A program made the position numbers and the translations under genes. From positions 64,001 through 128,000 of the forward strand of contig JAVJNR010000003.1 of the NCBI GenBank assembly GCA_040217195.1: a stretch of DNA of 64,000 nucleotides, written 5' to 3'. This DNA is from Leptospiraceae bacterium. GTDB taxonomy: Bacteria; Spirochaetota; Leptospiria; Leptospirales; Leptonemataceae. Shown here in pieces: positions 1 to 9,132 of this stretch. The notes under the pieces are model-generated. The model was not told the DNA's origin, searched no databases, and saw only the letters and a list, made by a program, of their open reading frames with translations. Every line of letters begins with the position of its first letter. The stretch's first letter is position 1.

Positions 1-2
1 TG

Positions 3-917
3 GCATCCGGTGATTCCTTTGAACTTCTGTCCCCGGTTGGCTGGCTCTTTGCAGGTACGGCTCATTATCATCTGTACTTCGTTGCAGTTTTGCTGTATCT
101 TTATTTGTGCTATCCGTTGCTACGTGAAATTCCCTACAAGCCTTCGTATCTGTTCACCCTCATTGGAGTGGGCATAGTTCTACATTTGATCAATTCCTTT
201 CGCTACGATGCACCTCTGCCAATTTTTTTGGGGCACCGGCTGGCCGAACTGGGTGACCTGACCATGGAACAACCTGGAGGCGCAGACAATCGAGCCAGCG
301 TGGTCTGGCTGGAGTATTTTGCTTTCGCTGTTCCATTTTTCATGGCTGGACTCTGGATGCCACAGATCGTTCAACGTCATTCCTTTCTCAAGCTCAGCTT
401 TCAAAGCCGCAATTTAGATCCTGAAGGAAATGGCCTCTGGACTCGTCTGGGAAATCTAAAAGCAGGAAGCCTGTTTCAATTGATTCTACGAGGAGGCCTG
501 GTTGTTGGCGGCTTTCTTCTGGTTTTCAATGATTTTGTTCTGGGTTACAAAGCGGGTCTGCATCCAGATCCGGCCGGCAGAGTGTGGAGAATTTCGGTGG
601 CTTTGTATGCTGTAGCATTGATCGTATTTCTGCTGGCACTACCGCAGAAGTCATCCCCGGACTGGGTAAAGAAGCTGTCCAGGGCCAGTTTTCTTGTCTA
701 TCTGCTACATCCACTGTGGATTGAAGCCACTCGCTTTTTACATCCCTATTATCAAACCCAGGTGGTAATACCTCTATCCTGGCTAACAGCCCTGGCGCTT
801 CATGAACTGGCACTGTCCTTTCCTGCCCTGGGATTTCTTCTCGGAGAAGGCGATCGACTGGGGATTTCCAGAGCTACAGAAAAGTCAGGGGTTTCTGACG
901 AACCTTCGCGCAAATAG
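3..917 (+). CDS. Acyltransferase family 3 membrane protein (5' truncated by window edge)
   Basis: Frame is open from position 3 (…GTAHYHLYFVAVLLYLYLCYPLL…), with several TM segments and C-terminal LSRASFLVYLLHP typical of Acyl_transf_3. Confidence 0.75.
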   Translation, partial: ASGDSFELLSPVGWLFAGTAHYHLYFVAVLLYLYLCYPLLREIPYKPSYLFTLIGVGIVLHLINSFRYDAPLPIFLGHRLAELGDLTMEQPGGADNRASVVWLEYFAFAVPFFMAGLWMPQIVQRHSFLKLSFQSRNLDPEGNGLWTRLGNLKAGSLFQLILRGGLVVGGFLLVFNDFVLGYKAGLHPDPAGRVWRISVALYAVALIVFLLALPQKSSPDWVKKLSRASFLVYLLHPLWIEATRFLHPYYQTQVVIPLSWLTALALHELALSFPALGFLLGEGDRLGISRATEKSGVSDEPSRK

Positions 918-1149
918 TGGTTTCGCTCTATGTAGATCTACTGAATCTACTGAACAAAGCAAAAATCTCACTGTCTGGAACAATTCTCGGCTGTAACTCA
1001 ACAGGGTTCCCGCTGGAAACTATGGAGTTCCGACGCTTCCATTATTCTCTGACGTTGACCGTCATAAATGGAACCGAAACCGTTTAGAAGCAATAGCTGT
1101 CCGGCTACTTTGCAATCACTCCTCCGCAGCCTTACGCCTGAAGGGCCGA

Positions 1150-2613
1150 TTACTTTTTTCGTGAGCTTCGAGTAGCCGATTTCTTTTTAGAAGATCCGGT
1201 GGATTTCTTTCCGGCAGTATTCTTTTTGGAGGCCCGGCCGGATTTCCCGGTGGCAGTCTTCTTACTCTTTTTGCTCTTTTTACTGACTCCGGCCAGGCCC
1301 ACTCGTTTCCGGGCATCTGTAGTATTGCCCCGGGCAATGGACATTTCCCATTCCCGTGTCTTCCAGATCTTGCTGGTAATTAACCTGGCACCCCGACGTA
1401 CAGTCATGTAAGACCAGGCCCATTGCACCAGAACCATCATACGATTTCTAAAACCAATCAAGTAGTATATATGCACGATGAGCCATGCAATCCAGGCCAG
1501 AAAGCCGCTCATTTTTAATTTGCCCACTTCCAGAACTGCAGAGGCCCGACCGATGGTTGCCATGATTCCTTTGTCTTTATAGAAAAACGGCTTTCTGGTT
1601 TTGCCAGCAATGGTTCGTAGTATATTGGTAGCTGCCTGACGGCCCTGCTGAATGGCCACTGGAGCCAGACCGGGCAAAGGTTTTCCATCTCGTGTATGGG
1701 AAAAAGAAGCCTGATCGCCTACCACAAAGACTTCGGGAAACTTTTCCAGACTTAGATCGCTTTGAACAACTACCCGGCCGCCCCGATCTAGCTCAGCACC
1801 CAGGGTATAGTTGATTTCGGTGGGACGCACACCGGCAGCCCATAGAACGGTCTGCGCGCGAATTACCTCTTCGCCTACTACCACCCCATGCTCATCCACA
1901 TCTGAAACCATACTGTTGGTCCAGATGGTAACTCCCAGTCTTTCCAGTTCCCGGCTTGCATGCTCGGACATTTCTTCGGAGAATTGATTTAGAATCCTGG
2001 AGGCACCTTCCACAAGTATGATCCTTGTTCTTCTAGGATCAATGTTCCTGAAATCTCTTTCCAGGGTATAGCGGCTAATCTCTCCCAGGGCCCCGGCCAG
2101 CTCTACTCCAGTGGGGCCTCCGCCAACAATTACGAATGTTAGTAATTCTTTTTGAACTGCAGGATTGGTTTCTCTCTCTGCCAGCTCATATGCAATGAGC
2201 ATTCTTTTTCTTATTTCTGTGGCCTCTTCCAGAGATTTCAATCCGGGTGCATGGTCCTCCCATTGATCATTTCCGAAGTAGCTATGCGTGGCTCCTGCAC
2301 AGGATATTAGATAATCATATTCCAGGTCACCGAAGTCGCAACGAACCTTACGATTCTTCAAATCCACTCCTGTAACCACTCCCAGAAGCACATCGATGTT
2401 ATCGTAGCCGGAGAGAATGGACCGAATGGGTACAGCAATGTCAGCAGGACTGATGGCGGCCATGGCAACCTGATAGAGCAGAGGCTGGAACAGATGATGG
2501 TTCCTGCGGTCGATGAGTGTTACGGTAACCTCATCTTCCTTGGCCAGACGCTTGGCTGCATTAATACCTGCAAATCCGCCGCCAATGATTACTACATGTT
2601 TCGCTTTATCCAT
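1150..2613 (-). CDS. ndh: Type II NADH dehydrogenase (NDH-2) with Lys/Ser-rich C-terminal tail
   Basis: VVIIGGGFAG, HHLFQPLLYQVA, VGGGPTGVELAG, LAPVAIQQG and YKDKGIMATIGR motifs; start overlaps the upstream stop (TAATG). Confidence 0.92.
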   Translation of the reverse strand: MDKAKHVVIIGGGFAGINAAKRLAKEDEVTVTLIDRRNHHLFQPLLYQVAMAAISPADIAVPIRSILSGYDNIDVLLGVVTGVDLKNRKVRCDFGDLEYDYLISCAGATHSYFGNDQWEDHAPGLKSLEEATEIRKRMLIAYELAERETNPAVQKELLTFVIVGGGPTGVELAGALGEISRYTLERDFRNIDPRRTRIILVEGASRILNQFSEEMSEHASRELERLGVTIWTNSMVSDVDEHGVVVGEEVIRAQTVLWAAGVRPTEINYTLGAELDRGGRVVVQSDLSLEKFPEVFVVGDQASFSHTRDGKPLPGLAPVAIQQGRQAATNILRTIAGKTRKPFFYKDKGIMATIGRASAVLEVGKLKMSGFLAWIAWLIVHIYYLIGFRNRMMVLVQWAWSYMTVRRGARLITSKIWKTREWEMSIARGNTTDARKRVGLAGVSKKSKKSKKTATGKSGRASKKNTAGKKSTGSSKKKSATRSSRKK

Positions 2614-4280
2614 TACTCAGACTCCCTTCGCCGAACAAAAAACCAGACCATTCCGATGGCAAGCATTACAAGGCCCAGCACTGAGAATCCTACAATGCCA
2701 CCGATGGAAAACATTACATTGATCTTATCATAGTACATTAAATCTGTCTGAAGGCCCGTTACTTCTCCGTCTTGATTGCGTTGCACCTGAACCAGCCACC
2801 CATCCATTCCGGCCTGCCCTCTTGCAAAGAATAGATCCGGGGCCAGAGGGATCAGATGGATGGAAGGCTCGGTTTCAAAGAATCCGGAAAATCGAACCTG
2901 GGTACCTTTTAACTCCAGCCGCGTATCGGCCAGAAAACGAAAGATATCAGCGGAGCCAGCCAGCAAATACCTGGGCCTGTAGTATCCTGTGAGTTCTTCC
3001 AGGGAGGCTGCAGTGACATTGTTCGGCAAGTAACCGGGTTGCATTTGTTCCAGAAAGGCGCCGCATTCAGGGTACAAATCTGGAATAATTCGATCTAAAA
3101 TCCTTTGAAGGGTCATCTGCTGCCTGGCATTCAGGAATACCACAGCTCCTCGGCCATCTTCGGTGAATATTGCACCGGCTGCAAATCCCGGGTACTGAGT
3201 TAGAATACGATAGAATCCCGGGCCCTCCGGACCACAGAGTTTATGATAGTAAAGTCCTGGACTGCGTCCACCTGGCACAGAGGTACTCCATCTGCGATCC
3301 AGCATATGTCGGGCCACCGGTTGTCCTGCCCTGGCCTGCCTGGTCAATTCCTGAAGGAAAGATCCGTAATCCTCTGCAGTGGTAAGAAGATCCAGATAGG
3401 AGGTAAAAGCAACCCGGGGTAGATCAATGGGAGCCGGCGTTTTTCCCCTGGGCTCATAGCCTCGGGCCAGTGTTTTACCATCTTTATCATCAAAGAAGAA
3501 TGTATCTTCCAGATTCATGGTTTTCAAAACATGTTGCCTTACAAGTTCATTGGAATTCAGTTCCCTGGAATGAAATAGCCATTCATACCCCTGGGGGGAG
3601 TAAATGTAATGACCTTCTGCCCCCAGGCTAGTTGTTACCGTTTCCGTTAAAAGTTCATTGCGAACCTCTTCGACCGGAGCTTCCACACCTGGAGAAAGTA
3701 ATCCTTCATGTGTATTTCGCAACCCTGCAGTCATCAGGAAGAGTTCATCGGAGCTAACAGTTTCTCCGGAAGGTAATTGCACGGACTGATTCAGGGGCAA
3801 TCCTCTGCTCTGAAGATCCTTCAGAAATGCAAATACAGAAAGCGGAGCCCTCAGAGCCCCCACAGCAAAGGCTGTACTATTTGTAAGCTTTTCGCCGGAT
3901 TCGGAGGAAGCAAGACCAAAGCTTTCGGCATAGCTTCTACCCGGTCGAAATACATAGATCTGAACTCCCTGGATGTTTTGATCCTCCATAAGAGATGGAA
4001 TGTAGGATTTCAAAGCGTCCGTAAGATCCCTGGCCTGAAGCGGGTTGGCTCCCAGAATCAGTGCTGCCAACATCAAGCCGATTACGCGGATAGTCTTTGC
4101 TGTTTTGCTCCGCTGGAATGGAAGAACTTTACAAACGTTCTGTAGTGATTTATGGAAATCGGACCTGCGCAAAGACCGGAGGAGCTGGACTGTTCCGTTC
4201 CGGGCAATCGTGGTGGGCCTCTCTCTGCTGCTGGTTGGCGATTTTTCAGGATCTGTGGACTGGCAAGGATCGTGGATCAC
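2613..4280 (-). CDS. Beta-lactamase/serine-hydrolase-like exported protein with C-terminal TM anchor, catalytic motifs degenerate
   Basis: AmpC-like context (LMEDQNIQGVQI…FGLA…TAFAVGA; YIYSPQGY; LLTTAEDYGSF; GAVVFLN); true start uncertain, possibly near the signal peptide MLAALILG. Confidence 0.65.
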   Translation of the reverse strand: MIHDPCQSTDPEKSPTSSRERPTTIARNGTVQLLRSLRRSDFHKSLQNVCKVLPFQRSKTAKTIRVIGLMLAALILGANPLQARDLTDALKSYIPSLMEDQNIQGVQIYVFRPGRSYAESFGLASSESGEKLTNSTAFAVGALRAPLSVFAFLKDLQSRGLPLNQSVQLPSGETVSSDELFLMTAGLRNTHEGLLSPGVEAPVEEVRNELLTETVTTSLGAEGHYIYSPQGYEWLFHSRELNSNELVRQHVLKTMNLEDTFFFDDKDGKTLARGYEPRGKTPAPIDLPRVAFTSYLDLLTTAEDYGSFLQELTRQARAGQPVARHMLDRRWSTSVPGGRSPGLYYHKLCGPEGPGFYRILTQYPGFAAGAIFTEDGRGAVVFLNARQQMTLQRILDRIIPDLYPECGAFLEQMQPGYLPNNVTAASLEELTGYYRPRYLLAGSADIFRFLADTRLELKGTQVRFSGFFETEPSIHLIPLAPDLFFARGQAGMDGWLVQVQRNQDGEVTGLQTDLMYYDKINVMFSIGGIVGFSVLGLVMLAIGMVWFFVRRRESE

Positions 4281-5398
4281 GAGTCATTCTGGGATTCTCC
4301 CTCTGCGGGCAAAGAAAAATCAGAAAAATCCTCCGGCCGAGTGCTGGCATACTCAATCAATTCTGGAATCTTTTCAGACGGCACATTCTTCCAGTAAACG
4401 GTCCAGTAATCCAGTCGATGAAATCCATCGGCCAGCCTTTCGTACCATCGATGGATGGTATTGGTACGTCTGGACCTCCAGAACAAGGGACCGGGCCGGC
4501 AAAGAACGGATTCCCAGAGCTCCTGAGCCACACCCTCTCCTCGGGCCTGCAAACCTACAGCAAATTTAGAGAGATAACGCATACCCTGATGCTCCTCCAG
4601 AAGCACAGCGCCCCGATACCTGGAATCAATGTGAAATTCAATCATCCTGGAAAGGATGGATGGATCCTTCAATTCCCGGCCAAAGCTCTCCTGGAGCAAA
4701 TTCATGAGTCTTTGACGATCTATGGAATCCATCGAAACAAGAAAAAGAATTTCGCTTCCCTCTCTTACAATGGTTCCGGCCCCTTTAACTGTGAATATCT
4801 CCTTTAACAGATCAAAAGGTGTGGTAACCGAAAGATGCACTCCTGAGTCCCGACTCAGGATACTTCGACACATAGACAATAAGGCCCGATCTTCCCATCT
4901 AGATTGAACCCCGGGATGACAATGAAACAATGGTTCTCCAGAATCGGATCGAATGGCTCCACTCAATCGCACAAAGTGGACCCTTCGAGTCCAGGAGGGC
5001 ACCATCCGTGCAAGTGTTTCATCAAGATTTTTGGCACTGCGAAGAACAGAAATGCTTCTTCTTTCTTCACTGCTTTCAGAGTTACGCTGGTCCGAGTGCT
5101 CTGGCTTCAGTCTCAGATCCAGATCCTGAATATTAAAGGTGCGATCATCGGCGAAGTGATGGATCTGCTTTGAAGCCACCGGTTCGGTAAGCAATACAGA
5201 AGGAAAAAGTCCCAGACGGCTTAAGAAATACAGATGAGTTCGTAGAATTTCCGGCGCCTGGGCTACGCTTTCTGCATCTGGAACAATAAGAGCAAATAGT
5301 CCTGGAGCACCTTGCCTGAATTTCTTAAGATAAAAATCTATCTCTTCGCTTCGGCCAATACTCTGGAGAAAAAGACTGAATGCATCATCGAAAAACAT
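4277..5398 (-). CDS. N-acetylglutamate synthase/kinase-like protein (reduced AAK domain plus NAT/DUF619 domain)
   Basis: LLKEIFTVKGAGT linker, YLSKFAVGLQARGEGVAQELW and LFWRSRRTNTIHRWY match the Xanthomonas/vertebrate-type NAGS NAT domain. Confidence 0.75.
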   Translation of the reverse strand: MFFDDAFSLFLQSIGRSEEIDFYLKKFRQGAPGLFALIVPDAESVAQAPEILRTHLYFLSRLGLFPSVLLTEPVASKQIHHFADDRTFNIQDLDLRLKPEHSDQRNSESSEERRSISVLRSAKNLDETLARMVPSWTRRVHFVRLSGAIRSDSGEPLFHCHPGVQSRWEDRALLSMCRSILSRDSGVHLSVTTPFDLLKEIFTVKGAGTIVREGSEILFLVSMDSIDRQRLMNLLQESFGRELKDPSILSRMIEFHIDSRYRGAVLLEEHQGMRYLSKFAVGLQARGEGVAQELWESVLCRPGPLFWRSRRTNTIHRWYERLADGFHRLDYWTVYWKNVPSEKIPELIEYASTRPEDFSDFSLPAEGESQNDS

Positions 5399-5444
5399 TG
5401 TTTCTAATTACGCTGCCCTACAATTCAATAGACTGGTGCCAACA

Positions 5445-6254
5445 TTATCGGTTCAAGAAATCCGGTCGAAAGAGTGAATCGGAAATCTCCAGTGTATCGT
5501 CGAAAGTATAAACTTCCAGACGAGTGATTGTTCCTGTTTCCAGGTCCAGAGCCTCCATACGCACCGGCCAGGCAGGTACAATGTCTTTCTTTTTTCCCAG
5601 GTGTAATACAGGTATATCGTAGCTTATCTCTATGGTCTTAAACAAAACTGTATTTCGATCATAGACATCCAGTCGCATAACTCGCAGACTTCCGGGCTCT
5701 TGAATCACAGAAATCCGGCCATAAGAAGACGGAAGCATGGGAATCAAAGAATAGTTAATTGCCTTTCCTCCACCTTCGATCTTCACCTCTCTGGCTGCAG
5801 TGGCCGGATGAAAGTTAGCCTCGAGACTGGAACCGGACAGATCTTTGAACGATAAACCCGAACGAATGATTGCATTATACTGGTCGGCGCCTCTCAATTG
5901 AAGTAAATCCCTTCGCCGGGCATCCCAGACCCAGATATCCTCACCCTGTCTCAAGTATAGAATTCGTAGAGTCACTCCACGCGCCGGAGACGTTAATTCC
6001 AGGAAGCGGCCTTTCTCCGAAACATGCATCTGAAAATCCTGCATGTTGGGCCGACCTTTTTCATCTATGATGGTAATTTTCCCGGAATAGACTCCAGGCG
6101 GATAATCAAGACTGGCATCCAGGGCAGTAACCAGCGACTGAACCGGTCTGTCTTTCCAGCTTTCGGCTGGCTCCTCTGCCTGGACAAGAGTAGCCCAAAC
6201 CAGAACCAGAGTGAGGCAGCTAAATAGCTGGTTTTTTTTACTTTTCCATGGCAT
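5445..6254 (-). CDS. Outer-membrane lipoprotein-sorting (LolA-like) protein
   Basis: Signal peptide (TLVQA/EE), SGLSFKDL, RLDVYDRNTVLFKTI and C-terminal ISDSLFRPDFL typical of LolA_like. Confidence 0.65.
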   Translation of the reverse strand: MPWKSKKNQLFSCLTLVLVWATLVQAEEPAESWKDRPVQSLVTALDASLDYPPGVYSGKITIIDEKGRPNMQDFQMHVSEKGRFLELTSPARGVTLRILYLRQGEDIWVWDARRRDLLQLRGADQYNAIIRSGLSFKDLSGSSLEANFHPATAAREVKIEGGGKAINYSLIPMLPSSYGRISVIQEPGSLRVMRLDVYDRNTVLFKTIEISYDIPVLHLGKKKDIVPAWPVRMEALDLETGTITRLEVYTFDDTLEISDSLFRPDFLNR

Positions 6255-6331
6255 ACGAATTTTTGGTGGACCCGCCAGAGGCAGATCCAGAACATTCCGG
6301 TATCTTACCTCAAGAATCGGAGGATATCTTT

Positions 6332-7288
6332 ATGCAGGCAATACAACGAGCAAGAAATGTTGCTCTTTTACTAGCAGTAATGGCCGTCTCAACCGCATCG
6401 GCTGACCAATTACGTTTAAATGTCGGACTCTGGCCAGGCGAACTGGATCCAGAACTGGAAAGCCGGCTATTTCTGGACGACCTTGTAGAACCCACCAGCC
6501 GAATTGATCTGGCCTGGTCCAACAAGAATACCACCACTGTGTACCCTCTTGGACTGCAGTATTTCAAGCCCATGGGTTCCGGTCAACTGGTGCTCACCGC
6601 GAACTATATCCGGTATGCACCGGAATACTCTTTTAACGGAATCAGTACCGGCTCTGTTGCCCTGGTTTCCCTGGAAGATTTTTCCACTACAGACTGGGAA
6701 CTGGAAGCCGGGTATGAAATCCCTCTGGTAGGAAATAAGCTTTTTCTAACTCCTAGATTGGGCTTTCGCTGGCACACTCAGGAATTCAATTACGATGAAT
6801 TAACCATTGGTAGCCCATCTGCCATTAGCCTGGACAGTCCATTTTCAGGTAATGCACGAGGAAGCTATATTGCCCTGGGCGCTAAGTTCTATCTAATGCC
6901 TCAAGTTGCTCTGTACTTCGACCTGATGACAACGTCCATCTTCCCCAATTTTGGCGGTAGCATGGAGTTCGAACAGACTGTTCTACAGACCGACGGAGTC
7001 CTCCGATATGATCGCGCGGAATCCAGTTACCAGGTAGAATTCTCTCGCTATACACTGGGTATTCAGTACGATTTCAATAAAAATGCCTACATTCAGGTTG
7101 GTATTCGAGAGGAAGTTCAGAAAACCAGCTATCCTGGATACTTCAATCTGGCCATTCGCACCAATGCCAGCGGTGTAAATGCCACTGTAGATGAAATTAT
7201 TTCAGATATTGTATTCTGGGACTTTCAGGATCAGAATCAAACCAAAGGTTTTGCTTTCGTGGCATTTAGCTACGGAATCGATATCTAA
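6332..7288 (+). CDS. Putative outer-membrane beta-barrel protein
   Basis: GGAGG RBS before ATG 6332, signal peptide (STASA/DQ), amphipathic aromatic-rich strands, terminal strand FVAFSYGIDI. Confidence 0.65.
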   Translation: MQAIQRARNVALLLAVMAVSTASADQLRLNVGLWPGELDPELESRLFLDDLVEPTSRIDLAWSNKNTTTVYPLGLQYFKPMGSGQLVLTANYIRYAPEYSFNGISTGSVALVSLEDFSTTDWELEAGYEIPLVGNKLFLTPRLGFRWHTQEFNYDELTIGSPSAISLDSPFSGNARGSYIALGAKFYLMPQVALYFDLMTTSIFPNFGGSMEFEQTVLQTDGVLRYDRAESSYQVEFSRYTLGIQYDFNKNAYIQVGIREEVQKTSYPGYFNLAIRTNASGVNATVDEIISDIVFWDFQDQNQTKGFAFVAFSYGIDI

Positions 7289-7330
7289 TACTCATTTAGA
7301 TCTAAATCGTAGCCATGAGCTGCGATACAG

Positions 7331-7356
7331 GGGCTGCCAGTTGGCAGCCCTTTTTT
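7331..7356 (+). terminator. Rho-independent terminator
   Basis: GGGCTGCC-agtt-GGCAGCCC hairpin followed by T6, 42 nt after the barrel gene stop. Confidence 0.8.
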
Positions 7357-7431
7357 ATGCCTATTGCCGGCTCGATCTGAATCCAAAACCTGGGCCAGTC
7401 TGAGCGAAATAAAGTTAGATCATGGGATAGA

Positions 7432-7779
7432 TCAACCATCCGTGCTTTGTTCTGATGATGGAGGGGAAAGTTTGAGGGAATCCAGGTATTCCTGCCATTC
7501 ATGGGGCAGATAATACTTCTTCTTACCATTACACTCTTTGCAACAGGCAACGATGTTGGACTTTTCTGAGGAACCTCCCCGGGACAGGGGAATAATATGA
7601 TCCATGGTCAATTCATTGGATTTAAAGGACTGCCCACAGTAGTAGCACTTGCCGGATGACTTTTTCTTTTTCCACCAGGCGCTATCCCGGAGCTTCCGGG
7701 CTTTGAGTTTTTCGCGATCTATCCAGCCAGGGTCAGGAGCAAAGTATGGATCAAATTTTTCCGGTTCGGACCTCATCAT
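7432..7779 (-). CDS. Small stand-alone HNH endonuclease
   Basis: CYYC…DHIIPLSRGG…NIVACCKECN HNH/Zn motif. Confidence 0.9.
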   Translation of the reverse strand: MMRSEPEKFDPYFAPDPGWIDREKLKARKLRDSAWWKKKKSSGKCYYCGQSFKSNELTMDHIIPLSRGGSSEKSNIVACCKECNGKKKYYLPHEWQEYLDSLKLSPPSSEQSTDG

Positions 7780-8242
7780 GCGTTCTTCGATACCATCGTA
7801 CCATATCTACGTAGGACAGAATACCCATTACCTTTCCCTCGTCAATCACGGGAAGGCTGCGAACTTTCTTTGCAATCATCAAGTTCAACGCTTCTCGCAG
7901 GTAAGCATCCGAAGTTACCGAAACCATCTCCTTTCCTTCGATGACCTGCTCAATCGTGACTTTAAGGTAATTTCTTTCAATATCCAGAGCTTCTTCATAG
8001 GATAGTCGAAGCAAATCGAACACTGTAATTGTGCCCAGGGGAGTGCCATCCCTCATGACGAGAACACCCAGAAATCCGTTTTCAAGACAGGTTCTGGCAG
8101 CGGCAGCAGCAGGATCCCTGGCATCGCAGGTAATCACTTCTCTGGTCATCACATCGTCTACTTTTGCTTCCAGCATCTTCTGCGTTCGGCGAAGTAGCTT
8201 TTCTTTCAGACCGTGGTCTTTGATTTCATCGATCATTGACAT
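7751..8242 (-). CDS. CBS-pair domain protein
   Basis: KVDDVMTREVIT and RSLPVIDEGKVMGILS CBS motifs; GAGGAGG RBS before ATG 8242. Confidence 0.85.
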   Translation of the reverse strand: MSMIDEIKDHGLKEKLLRRTQKMLEAKVDDVMTREVITCDARDPAAAAARTCLENGFLGVLVMRDGTPLGTITVFDLLRLSYEEALDIERNYLKVTIEQVIEGKEMVSVTSDAYLREALNLMIAKKVRSLPVIDEGKVMGILSYVDMVRWYRRTHDEVRTGKI

Positions 8243-8310
8243 AGCATTCCTCCTCTGCTCCTGCGGTACCCATCCGAACATTCGCTTCGAATGGTTTCAT
8301 ATTCCGGGAT

Positions 8311-9120
8311 CTAACCATCCAGAGTGAACTTGAAGATACCCCGATCCACCAGTTCACGGTTAATCCTGTGCTGAACCTTCATTCGCACAATTTCCGCTGC
8401 TTCTTCCAGAAATCGAATGCTTCTAGCATCCTTTTTGCCAAAGCCATGCAACGTAATTGGCTTGAGAAAACAGATCTTCCATTGCACCGGTAAAGGAATC
8501 AAATTAAGCGGAACCGGTATCTTGGCTCCAAAGTATTTCTCAGTCCAGTCCAGAGTACCCAGGTTCAAATGGGTTTCCTCGGCTCCCAGAATGGATACTG
8601 GAACAATAGTGGCGCCTGTCATAATAGCCAGAGAAATGAAGCCTGGATTAAATGGCTTCAATTGATACATTTCCACACTGGACTTGAAGTTTCCGGACTC
8701 AGCTTCGGGAAACAGGATTAATAGCTTACGTTTACGAAGAACTCGAATTGCAACCTTGAAATCCTGCGGAATATAGGCCAGTTTGGCACTGGCCATCTTT
8801 AGAAATCCATCTTTGTGCCAGTAGTTGTGGCTCATGGTCCTGGGCATTCGTTTGGCTTTCTTCAGAATCTCGTTTTGAAGAACCATTGCATCCCAGCCCA
8901 GAACTCCACTGTGGTTGGGAACAACGATGACCGGTCCGGTACGAGGTAGATTTTCCAGCCCCTCGGTTTGCAGATCCGTAAACTCCCGGATGGTATCCAG
9001 GAATCCATGTGTGATTCCGCGAAATAAGAAATAGTCCAGGTCTTTGCCCAGAAATTCCCGCCAATCGGGACTTTGAAAGAAACGCCTTTGTGCCATGGCT
9101 GGACTCGCTATTCTACTCAA
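8311..9120 (-). CDS. Lysophospholipid acyltransferase (PlsC-like)
   Basis: GLENLPRTGPVIVVPNHSGVLGWD and LFPEA motifs. Confidence 0.85.
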   Translation of the reverse strand: MSRIASPAMAQRRFFQSPDWREFLGKDLDYFLFRGITHGFLDTIREFTDLQTEGLENLPRTGPVIVVPNHSGVLGWDAMVLQNEILKKAKRMPRTMSHNYWHKDGFLKMASAKLAYIPQDFKVAIRVLRKRKLLILFPEAESGNFKSSVEMYQLKPFNPGFISLAIMTGATIVPVSILGAEETHLNLGTLDWTEKYFGAKIPVPLNLIPLPVQWKICFLKPITLHGFGKKDARSIRFLEEAAEIVRMKVQHRINRELVDRGIFKFTLDG

Positions 9121-9132
9121 GATCCCTGAAAG

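Noticed and set aside
936..953. ATCTACTGA 9-bp duplication
   Set aside because: Too short to interpret alone; likely replication slippage
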